Shown: in pieces, positions 36,956 through 45,220 of the stretch
Layout of the letters: each line of letters opens with the position of its first letter
Position numbering within the stretch: position 1 is the first letter of the stretch
Virus record (IMG/VR): IMGVR_UViG_3300046837_000115
Location: 1-56,031 of that record
Source: a virus
Taxonomy: Duplodnaviria > Caudoviricetes
DNA length: 56,031 bases
Direction: 5' to 3' (one strand)
Program-made: the position numbers and the translations under genes
Notes under the pieces: model-generated
The model's input: only the letters and a program-made list of their open reading frames with translations
Databases searched by the model: none
What the model was told of the DNA's origin: nothing

Positions 36956-38022
36956 GCGTCGCCGTCCGCACCCCCACGCAGGAGCTGGTCGCGCAGGTTC
37001 GGAGCGACGGCTTCGTTGAGCAGGTCAAGCTCGCGCTGCCCGAGGGCATCCCGGAGCGCAGGTTCACCCGGGCGGCCATCACGGCGCTTATGACCAATAC
37101 TGACCTGCAGGGCTGCACGAACGACTCGATCCTCTACGCGCTGATCCAGTGCGCGCAGACCGGGCTCATGCCGGACGGGAAGCAGGCCGCCCTCGTCAAG
37201 TTCAAGGACACCGCGGTATTCATGCCGATGGTCAACGGGTTCCGCTCGATCGCTGCCGACCACGGCTGGGCGCTCGAAGCCACCGTCATCTACGAGAACG
37301 ATGACTTCGATTACGAACTCGGCCTCACCCCGATCATTCGGCATCGACCGGCGAGGCTCGGGACGGACCGCGGCCAGATGATCGGCGCCTATGCCGTCGC
37401 TACGCATAAGGACGGGCGGAAGCTGGTCGAGGTCATGGACGCCGCCGCGATCGCCAAGGTGCGCGCCGTGTCCCGCGCAAAGGATTCCGGGCCGTGGCGG
37501 GACTGGACGGAACGCATGTGGGAGAAGACACCCGCCCGCCGTCTGTTCGGGAAGCTACCGCTCGGAGAACGGGATCAGGACGTCCGTGTCTCCCGTGTGA
37601 TCCAGGCCGACGGCGACTTCGACAAGTCCACACGGCTCCTATACGGGCCGCAAGCTAGGCCCTCGTTGAGGGCCGAACGGGCAGGGGGCGACGCAACGAG
37701 CGGCGGCGATCTCGACGGCGCCGCGTCCTCCTCGTCGCTCCCTGCTCCTGACCTTGATCTGAGCGACGAGCCGATCGACGACGATCCGGGGTCGGAGGAG
37801 CAGGAGACGCTGCTCGCGATCGACGACGCCACCCGGGCGATGGCGATGTTCGCCGCCGACATGGAAGTCAACTTCGGCCGCAAGTACCGCGGCAAAACAA
37901 TCGCCGCCGTCGCCGCCGTCGAGCCCTCCTACCTCGTCTGGTACGCCGACAAGGGCGGCACCGACACGATGAGCCTCCACGTCCAGGCCTACGTCAAGAC
38001 CTACCTCGGCGGCTCCTCGTGA
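36952..38022 (+). CDS. recT: RecT-family ssDNA annealing protein with a small C-terminal FG.KY.GK..YL.W domain
   Basis: ALP....ERF.R, AQTGL.PDG, VIYEND.F, GAYAVA, SGPW..W...MW.KT..RRL.KLP. Confidence 0.9.
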   Translation: MSVAVRTPTQELVAQVRSDGFVEQVKLALPEGIPERRFTRAAITALMTNTDLQGCTNDSILYALIQCAQTGLMPDGKQAALVKFKDTAVFMPMVNGFRSIAADHGWALEATVIYENDDFDYELGLTPIIRHRPARLGTDRGQMIGAYAVATHKDGRKLVEVMDAAAIAKVRAVSRAKDSGPWRDWTERMWEKTPARRLFGKLPLGERDQDVRVSRVIQADGDFDKSTRLLYGPQARPSLRAERAGGDATSGGDLDGAASSSSLPAPDLDLSDEPIDDDPGSEEQETLLAIDDATRAMAMFAADMEVNFGRKYRGKTIAAVAAVEPSYLVWYADKGGTDTMSLHVQAYVKTYLGGSS

Positions 38023-38095
38023 CCTACCTCTACCTCGTCGGCATCATCGTCTGCTCGCTCCGTCTCTGCTACCTCGCCGCCACCTGGGACGAGCG

Positions 38096-38278
38096 ATGAG
38101 CGAGCACGACAACGGGCAGGTCGAGCAGAAGTCGAGCGTGAAGCTGTCGTTGAACGCGAAGGGAGACTGCCAGGTCGAGGTCAAGTGCTACCAGGGCACA
38201 ACGAACGACGAGATGGAGGCGACCAGGCAGCTCGCGATCTCCACGTTTAACGAGACGCTCAAGGCGGTCGGACGATGA
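38096..38278 (+). CDS. Hypothetical protein
   Basis: SSVKLSLNAKG..Q.EVK.Y; coupled to its neighbours. Confidence 0.6.
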   Translation: MSEHDNGQVEQKSSVKLSLNAKGDCQVEVKCYQGTTNDEMEATRQLAISTFNETLKAVGR

Positions 38279-38778
38279 AAGGCGAAGATCCCCGCGAGCG
38301 CTTCATGGAGAAGGTCGCGGTCGACGGGGTCTCCGGGTGCTGGCTCTGGCAGGGCTTCGTCGCCAACAACTCGCACGGCTATGCGACCTTCTGGCTAAAC
38401 GGCAAGAATCGCTTGGCGCATCGCGTCGCCTATGAGTTCTTCGTCGGGCCGATCCCCGAAGGACTCACGATTGACCACGTAAAGGTGCGCGGATGCACGT
38501 CCAAGTCGTGCGTCAACCCCGCTCACCTAGAGGCGGTCACGACCTGGGAAAACACTCTCCGAGGTAACGCGTTGCCCGCGCTCAACTTCCGCAAAACGCA
38601 CTGCGACAACGGCCACCCGTACGACGAGGAGAACACCTACATCACGAAGCAGGGGTGGCGAGCGTGTCGCGAGTGCCACCGCATCTGGAAGCAATCTCCG
38701 AAATACAGGGCTCGCAAAGCTCAGAGCGACGCACGCCGTTATGCGCTTCGTAAAGCAGAAGCGAGGCAGGCGGCATGA
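38275..38778 (+). CDS. HNH homing endonuclease
   Basis: CWLWQG, AHRVAY, IDH...CVNPAHLE.VT..EN, KTHC..GH...CREC. Confidence 0.9.
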   Translation: MKGEDPRERFMEKVAVDGVSGCWLWQGFVANNSHGYATFWLNGKNRLAHRVAYEFFVGPIPEGLTIDHVKVRGCTSKSCVNPAHLEAVTTWENTLRGNALPALNFRKTHCDNGHPYDEENTYITKQGWRACRECHRIWKQSPKYRARKAQSDARRYALRKAEARQAA

Positions 38779-39911
38779 CGAGAATCTTGGCGAGCGGAGA
38801 TTGGCATGCGCGAGAGAACGGCCTGTATCCGGGCTGGCTCGCCGAGCAGGAGGCCGTGTTCAACCAGGTCATCGACCACGCCAACCGGGAAGATGTCGAC
38901 GCGGTCCTGTTGTGCGGCGATCTTTTCGACCGACGTAACCCGTCCACGGCGGAGATCCGGGCGGTGCAGCGTGCCCTCGAGCGGCTGGACTCGCACATTG
39001 ATCTGGTCGCGATCCCCGGCAACGGCATCCATGACGGCAACTACGACGGCGACATCGCCCTCGACATTTTCAACGGCGGCGCGATGCGAGTGTTCCGACG
39101 GCCCGGCATGTGCCAGGTCGGCGACGTCACCGTGTGCGCCCTGCCGTGGACGCCCGACTCGCACCTTGTCGCCGCGATGGGCGGCGGTGAACGGTCGGAG
39201 ATTCATCTGGCAGCGGCTGAGCATCTGATCGACATCGCCCGCGGCCTCCGCGGCCAGGCCGAGGGTGCGGCGGTGCTGATGACCCACTTCGCCATCTCGG
39301 GCGCGGGGTTGCCGACCGGACTCGCAACAGACGACCTACGCGAGCCCGTCCTCCCGTTGGTCGAGCTGATTGATCTTGGCTTCGTCGCGGTGATCGCCTC
39401 CCACATCCACAAGGGGCAGATCCTTGAGACCGACCCGCTTGTTGCGTACACGGGGGCGCCGATGCCGATGAACCACGGAGACCGCGAACCAGCGTACGGC
39501 TGCCTCCTCGTCAACGTCGGTGTCGGCAAGACCGAGTGCCAGCTGCTTCCGTGCCAGTCGCGCCCGTTCCTGACCGTCCCTCTTGATGGGCGAGCGCTCG
39601 CCGACGGTGACGTGACGTTCCTGCGCTCCTTCGACGGTGCTGTCGTCCGCGCTAAGTACTCGTGCACAAGAGAGCAGGCCGAGCAGATCGACCAGCGCGG
39701 CATTCGGCAACAGCTCCTCGACGCCGGTGCGTGGCATGTTCAGATCGAGGCTGACATCGTCCGGGAACAACGCGCTCGGGCCGCTGGTCTCACCGAAGAC
39801 ATCGACGCGGTCGAGGCGATGGGGCGGTTCCTTGAGGCCGAAGGGATAGCACCCGACCGGCGGACTGTCCTGGTCGAGCGCGCTCGCGAGTACATGGAGG
39901 CGGCGCGGTGA
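38775..39911 (+). CDS. sbcD: SbcD/Mre11-like metallophosphoesterase nuclease
   Basis: GDWH, GDLFD, PGN..HD, SHIH motifs. Confidence 0.88.
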   Translation: MTRILASGDWHARENGLYPGWLAEQEAVFNQVIDHANREDVDAVLLCGDLFDRRNPSTAEIRAVQRALERLDSHIDLVAIPGNGIHDGNYDGDIALDIFNGGAMRVFRRPGMCQVGDVTVCALPWTPDSHLVAAMGGGERSEIHLAAAEHLIDIARGLRGQAEGAAVLMTHFAISGAGLPTGLATDDLREPVLPLVELIDLGFVAVIASHIHKGQILETDPLVAYTGAPMPMNHGDREPAYGCLLVNVGVGKTECQLLPCQSRPFLTVPLDGRALADGDVTFLRSFDGAVVRAKYSCTREQAEQIDQRGIRQQLLDAGAWHVQIEADIVREQRARAAGLTEDIDAVEAMGRFLEAEGIAPDRRTVLVERAREYMEAAR

Positions 39912-41920
39912 GACCGCTCGCGTTGCGCTGCGAGAACCTACGTACCTACGAGCGCGTCGATCTGGACATCCCGGAGGGCTTGACGGCGATCGTGGGTCCG
40001 AACGGTTCGGGGAAGAGCACGCTCGCGAACGCCATCGACGTCGCGCTTTTTGGCGCCGACGGGCGGTCGCTCGCCCCGTTGTTCAGTGACGGAGCGGCCG
40101 GAGACCTCCTGGTCGAACTGGAGTTCTCGCACGCTGGCGGCACGTTCCGTGTCCGGCGCGGCTATTGCCCAGCTGGACGCGGAAGGTCGACCCTCGACTT
40201 CGAGGCGTGGATTATCGATGTCTTCGATCCCGGTCTGGCGGCGTGGGCGCCGCTCACGCGGGAGACGCAGGAGCAGACGCAGGAGTCGATCGACGCCGTC
40301 CTGCATTTCGACCGGGAGACGTTCCGCGCGTCGTCGTTCCTAGCCCAGGGTGAGGGCGACTCGTTCACGACCGCGCAGCCGCGTGACCGTAAACGGATCC
40401 TCGGGCAGATCCTCGGCCTGTCGGTGTACGACCGCCTGCTTGAACTCGTCCGCGTCGACAAAAAGATCGCGGAGACGCGGGTCGCTGAACTCTCGGGCGC
40501 GATCGAACGCGCCGAAGCAGAACTCGCCGAGCGCGGCACGGTCTCCGAGCGGCCTGGGGAAGCCGCATCCGTTGAGGCCTCCCTCACCGCCGCGCTCGAC
40601 GAGGCTGAAGACACACTCGCGGGGCTGAATAAGCGTTACATGGCTGCGAAGAGCGCGGTTGAGCGCCGCCAGTCCGCCGAGGCCGCGCTCACAATGGCCC
40701 GTGAGGCGTACGACCGGCAGCGCCAATCGGAGTTCACTGTCGTCTACGAGGCGTGGCGCGCTCGGAGCCGCGCCCGCGACCAGCAGATCGCCGAGTCTGA
40801 CCGGTTGAAAGTGGAGGCCGCGAAGCTCTCCGCCGGGATTTTGGAGCTGTCAGATAAGGCTGCCTTGCTGAAAGTATCGGCTGACAGGCTCGACCGTCCA
40901 GGAGACGAAACCTGCGACCGATGCGGTCAGGAGCTACACGCCGAAGCGCGGCAGCGGGCGCTCGTCAGCATCGAGGCCGAGATCGTCGCGCTGGAAGCGC
41001 GCGGCGGCCAGCTCGCGGACGAACTACAAGCCCTTCCCTCGTGGATGGCGCTGCGACGGCAGGCCGAGCGGATCCTTGTCGGCCCGGAGCCGGTGATCGA
41101 CAGTCATGACTTCGGAGACCGTCTCTCGCTCGCCACCGAAGCCATCACGTCAGCCGAGACCCTTGTCTCCTTTTGTATCAGTCCGGAGCAGCTGACAAAG
41201 CTAGTCCGCGCCGGCCATGTTGCGAAGGCCGAGGTTGACTCGCAACGGGCACGGCTCGACGTGGCGCGCGCCGAGAAGGTCCGGCTAGAGGAGAAGACCG
41301 CGCGGCTCAAGACGGTCGGCGAGCAGCAGGGCGCCTATCTGCTGGAGCGCGGCAAGCTGCGAGACGACCTGGCGCTGCTAGCGATCCTGGAGAGGGCGTT
41401 CGGCCGGAACGGCATCCCTGCGCTGATCCTTGAGTCGACCGCCATCCCGGCGATCGAGACCGAGGCGTCCCGGATCATGCAAGCCCTCGCCGGCGAGCCC
41501 GGACACCCGGTCCGCTGCGAACTTTTGACCCAGCGGGAGACGAAGACTGGGTCCCTGTCGGACGTCCTCGACATCGTGCTCTTCACCGGCGACGACACTC
41601 CGAGGCCGTACGAGAGCTTCTCCGGGGGCGAGCGCACACGGGCAGACCTCGCCCTGCGCATTGCCCTGGCCCGGCTGTTGGCGAACCGGCGTGGGGCGGA
41701 CTCGCAGCTCCTAGTCATCGACGAACCTTCAGGACTCGACGAGCAGGGCATGGCCGCCCTCGTCGAAGTGCTACGCGGGCTACAGGACGAGTTCGCGGTG
41801 CAGCTGATCGTCTCGCACGTCCCCGCGCTTAGAGACGCGTTCGACCACTCGATCCAGATCGTCAAGGACGAGCAGGGCCGCTCCCGGATCGTGGGCGACC
41901 GAGATCCGGTGGGCGTGTGA
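39908..41920 (+). CDS. sbcC: SbcC/Rad50-like SMC ATPase
   Basis: GPNGSGKS Walker A, AQG Q-loop, CDRC zinc hook, FSGGE signature, IDEP, SH. Confidence 0.9.
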   Translation: MRPLALRCENLRTYERVDLDIPEGLTAIVGPNGSGKSTLANAIDVALFGADGRSLAPLFSDGAAGDLLVELEFSHAGGTFRVRRGYCPAGRGRSTLDFEAWIIDVFDPGLAAWAPLTRETQEQTQESIDAVLHFDRETFRASSFLAQGEGDSFTTAQPRDRKRILGQILGLSVYDRLLELVRVDKKIAETRVAELSGAIERAEAELAERGTVSERPGEAASVEASLTAALDEAEDTLAGLNKRYMAAKSAVERRQSAEAALTMAREAYDRQRQSEFTVVYEAWRARSRARDQQIAESDRLKVEAAKLSAGILELSDKAALLKVSADRLDRPGDETCDRCGQELHAEARQRALVSIEAEIVALEARGGQLADELQALPSWMALRRQAERILVGPEPVIDSHDFGDRLSLATEAITSAETLVSFCISPEQLTKLVRAGHVAKAEVDSQRARLDVARAEKVRLEEKTARLKTVGEQQGAYLLERGKLRDDLALLAILERAFGRNGIPALILESTAIPAIETEASRIMQALAGEPGHPVRCELLTQRETKTGSLSDVLDIVLFTGDDTPRPYESFSGGERTRADLALRIALARLLANRRGADSQLLVIDEPSGLDEQGMAALVEVLRGLQDEFAVQLIVSHVPALRDAFDHSIQIVKDEQGRSRIVGDRDPVGV

Positions 41921-42219
41921 CGACGGCGTTCCATCTGTTCCTGGTCGTCTCCGCCTGTTATGCGGTGTACCGGCTGATTTGCTGGCTGGACGACCGTGAG
42001 GTCAGGTTGGACGAGCGGCAGCGGGACGGGCTTCCTAGCCCAGACCGGGATGCGTCTTGCGGAAGCAGCGCGGCCCGTCCCGACCGCTCGTCGAGCCTGA
42101 ACCCGGTCGTTCTCCGCACCGACCTAGGCACTGAGTTCGAGTGCCGGGATTTCTGGCACGCGATCGAAGTCAGCCGCGCCGTGGGCGAGCTGCACCGTGA
42201 ACAAGACCGGGCCGCATGA
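41917..42219 (+). CDS. Hypothetical protein with N-terminal TM
   Basis: GTGA coupling. Confidence 0.5.
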   Translation: MTTAFHLFLVVSACYAVYRLICWLDDREVRLDERQRDGLPSPDRDASCGSSAARPDRSSSLNPVVLRTDLGTEFECRDFWHAIEVSRAVGELHREQDRAA

Positions 42220-42256
42220 CCGCCGCGTCCGTGTCTAGGTACGTCGAGGCGGCCCG

Positions 42257-43273
42257 TTGAGTCATGCGGTACGTCGGCGACATAGAGACCAGAGGTCTGA
42301 CCACGGCGAGTGTGTCTACGTCATGTGGAGCGCTCGCCAGGGCCAATTCAAGATCGGAACGGCCGAAAACACGTGGAAGCGTCAGAAGAACCACGCGACA
42401 TCTAGTCCGGACATTGAACTGGTCGCCGCTGTCCAGCACGCCTCGGCCGGTGCGATCGAGACGAGACTTCTGTCCCATTTCAAGCGCGAGCGGGTCGGCA
42501 TGAGCGAATGTCTTGAGGACTCCGCGGATGTGCGCGCCTGGGTCGAGCGGTTCCGTTCCCGACCAAACGTCGCCACGAGCCACGAGCAGGTTGCGAACTC
42601 CTACACGACCCCTGACTTATGGCCGTGGAGCGAGGACGCCGGGCCGATCAGGATGGACGGACAGATCGGCCTGGACATGACGCTCGGCCCTTACGTTCCC
42701 GACCAGGGGAGCGGCAACGGCCAGACGAGCGCGATCAGCGAGGACTGGTACACGCCAGCGGTCTACGTCGAAGCCACGCGAGAACTTCTCGGCACGATCG
42801 ATCTCGACCCGGCCTCATGCCCGGAAGCCAACCTCACTGTGCGGGCTGAGAACATCTACACGGCCGAGGTTGACGGGCTCCGCCATCGCTGGTTCGGGAA
42901 CGTCTTCCTGAACCCCCCGTGGGGGCGAGTCGGAAAGCCTAAGCGCGCGTTTGTGACGAAGGCGATCGCCGCCTACGAAGCCGGAGAGATCACGGCGGCC
43001 GTCCTGGCGCTCAACTCGAACGCCACCACGTCAGCATGGTTTCAGCCTTTGTTCCGCTACCCGATTTGCTTTCCAAACCACCGCGTCGAGCATCGCGGCC
43101 CGGGCGGCAGTGGGGGCGCTCCGAACAGCGGAACCGTGTTTGTCTACCTCGGCCCGGATGTCGAAGGCTTTGCCCAGATTTTCAGCCGCTTCGGCGCCAT
43201 ACTCCATGAGCTACGGGCAGCTACCGCGGTTTCCCGCAAGCTCGCCGCGGATTACGAGGACGAGGCCGCATGA
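42257..43273 (+). CDS. GIY-YIG/T5orf172-like domain fused to a phage N6-adenine DNA methyltransferase
   Basis: VYVM....FKIG.A....R N-terminus; DWYTP, IDLDPAS, DGL...W.G.VFLNPPW. Confidence 0.82.
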   Translation: MSHAVRRRHRDQRSDHGECVYVMWSARQGQFKIGTAENTWKRQKNHATSSPDIELVAAVQHASAGAIETRLLSHFKRERVGMSECLEDSADVRAWVERFRSRPNVATSHEQVANSYTTPDLWPWSEDAGPIRMDGQIGLDMTLGPYVPDQGSGNGQTSAISEDWYTPAVYVEATRELLGTIDLDPASCPEANLTVRAENIYTAEVDGLRHRWFGNVFLNPPWGRVGKPKRAFVTKAIAAYEAGEITAAVLALNSNATTSAWFQPLFRYPICFPNHRVEHRGPGGSGGAPNSGTVFVYLGPDVEGFAQIFSRFGAILHELRAATAVSRKLAADYEDEAA

Positions 43274-44019
43274 CGGCGGCGTTGCCGATTACGCGGCGGG
43301 AGCGGAAGATGCTCGACGAGCTACGCGCGATAACGCGCGAGAGCGTGGGCGGCCGTCCGCGGCTCCTCGACCTGTTCTGCGGCGCCGGCGGCGCGGCGAT
43401 GGGCTACCACCGGGCCGGGTTCTCCGTGGTGGGGGTGGACATCAAGCCCCAGCCGAACTATCCGTTCGAGTTCGTAGAGGCGGACGCCCTCGACGTGCTC
43501 TCTCCCGGTACGCACTTCGGCGGCTATGTGCTCTCCGTCCAGTTCGACGCGATCCATGCGTCGCCGCCATGCCAGGAGTACAGCTCGGCCGGGAAGGCGT
43601 CCAAGGTAACTAATGGCTCTGTCTACGCCGACCTGTACGGGCCGACGCGTGGCCTGCTCGGGCAAACCGGGGTGCCCTGGGCGATCGAGAACGTCACAGC
43701 AGCGCCGTCGCGTTCGGGGATTCTGCTTTGCGGCTCGATGTTCGGGCTGCCGATCGTGCGGCATCGGATCTTCGAGACGTCGCATCTGATCCTGTCTCCG
43801 TTCGTTTGCGATCACGTTGAGGACGCCATCACCGTCACGGGTCATTCTCCTCAGCGATGGCTGAAAGGCGCCCGAAAGACGGTGCCTAAATCCGAATACG
43901 AGACGGCCATGGGCATCGACTGGATGAAAGTGTCCGAGTTGGTGCAGGCGGTCCCGCCGGCCTACACGGAGTTCATCGGCGACCAGTTGTTGCAGCACGT
44001 CCGGCGGGCGGCGGCGTGA
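43270..44019 (+). CDS. C5-cytosine DNA methyltransferase-like protein (short phage type)
   Basis: LLDLFCGAGG, HASPPCQ, IENV, RHR.FE, A.PPAYT motifs. Confidence 0.85.
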   Translation: MTAALPITRRERKMLDELRAITRESVGGRPRLLDLFCGAGGAAMGYHRAGFSVVGVDIKPQPNYPFEFVEADALDVLSPGTHFGGYVLSVQFDAIHASPPCQEYSSAGKASKVTNGSVYADLYGPTRGLLGQTGVPWAIENVTAAPSRSGILLCGSMFGLPIVRHRIFETSHLILSPFVCDHVEDAITVTGHSPQRWLKGARKTVPKSEYETAMGIDWMKVSELVQAVPPAYTEFIGDQLLQHVRRAAA

Positions 44020-44092
44020 CTGACGCGAAAGATCGTCGCATCGCCGATCTGGGAGCTGACTGTCATCGTCGTCATCACCGGGAGACCAAGTC

Positions 44093-44536
44093 GTGACCGC
44101 CGGGGCTGACCGCGCCAACCGCATCCGGGAGGCGCTGCTCGATGAGCGTCCCTACGACCGATGGGAAGACGCTGGCTCAGAACTACAGGCTCTGCTTCCT
44201 CCAGGCGCAGTGGTGCTGACCGCCGAAGAACTTCGGGAGCTTGAAGACCGCACCAAGCGCGCCCAACATGCTCAGATCGGCTTGGCGAGAGATCTGGAGC
44301 GGAAGCGAGCAAAGTACGCAGCCCTGGTTCGTGCGGGTGACGTGCTCGCCACCCGGCTAGACGAAACACCGGTGCCGTCTCTCTTCGGCTTCGAGGATCT
44401 CGACAAAGCGAAGGAGCAGCAGCAGGCGGTGCGGGCGTGGCTGGCCTTAGCGCACCCGGACGGGGAAGGCCACGCAACAGAGATCGGTGAGCGCGGCGAG
44501 GTTAGCGGCGCCACATGGGAAAGCGCGACGGAGTGA
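44093..44536 (+). CDS. Hypothetical protein
   Basis: GGAG RBS; coiled-coil pattern. Confidence 0.55.
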   Translation: MTAGADRANRIREALLDERPYDRWEDAGSELQALLPPGAVVLTAEELRELEDRTKRAQHAQIGLARDLERKRAKYAALVRAGDVLATRLDETPVPSLFGFEDLDKAKEQQQAVRAWLALAHPDGEGHATEIGERGEVSGATWESATE

Positions 44537-44597
44537 GGTTTGTCCTATCAACCCACGTCGGTCCCGCCGGGATCGGCACGCAACGATGGAGGCAGCC

Positions 44598-45161
44598 ATG
44601 CGGGCAGGTATCACGCTGGTGTGCGCCCTCGCCATGTGTTCGTTGGCGGGGCCAGGTGAAGCGCAGACCATGAAACCACCGAGCAGGGCGCCGCATTCCG
44701 CGGCGTTCTACACGAACACGGTGCCGCGTCATTCGGCCCGGTATCTGACCGCGGCCAAGCTCGCTCGCGGGCTGCGCGGGCTGTGCTCTCGTGGCTCTGG
44801 GGGGTGTGCTCTGGCCGGTCAGGCGTTTGTGATCGAGCAGGCCGGTTGGGAGACGCATACGTCGCCGGGCGCGATGGTCGGCGCCAGCTTCACGGAGAGC
44901 AGCGGGGGTGACGCTGCTTGTGGTGGGAACCCGAAGAACATCTGGGGGTTGTCGTCGTGCGGATCAGGCTGGTACGTGCCTTACTTCCGCACGTGGCATC
45001 AAGCGTTCGTGTTCTTCGCCCGGTTTCTGCACCGTCAATGGCCGGGCGCCAGAACCGTCTACGATTTCCCTGGCTATTCCGCGTGTGATTCGTGCTGGGG
45101 GCCGAGAACAGCACTATGGGCGTCGCGTCTCGGATTCGGCCCGGGGCTGCGGTACCCGTGA
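44598..45161 (+). CDS. Secreted lysozyme-like (glucosaminidase-like) protein
   Basis: GGAGG RBS; signal peptide; ESSGG....N.WG....F..W motif. Confidence 0.55.
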   Translation: MRAGITLVCALAMCSLAGPGEAQTMKPPSRAPHSAAFYTNTVPRHSARYLTAAKLARGLRGLCSRGSGGCALAGQAFVIEQAGWETHTSPGAMVGASFTESSGGDAACGGNPKNIWGLSSCGSGWYVPYFRTWHQAFVFFARFLHRQWPGARTVYDFPGYSACDSCWGPRTALWASRLGFGPGLRYP

Positions 45162-45220
45162 CGTGCTCGGCCTGCCGCCGGTTCCGTCCCTGCCTCCGAT
45201 GCCTCGGGCTGCTGCCGTGA
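45158..45220 (+). CDS. 20-aa CxxC-CxxC peptide coupling adjacent genes
   Basis: MTCSACRRFRPCLRCLGLLP; GTGA overlaps at both ends. Confidence 0.35.
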   Translation: MTCSACRRFRPCLRCLGLLP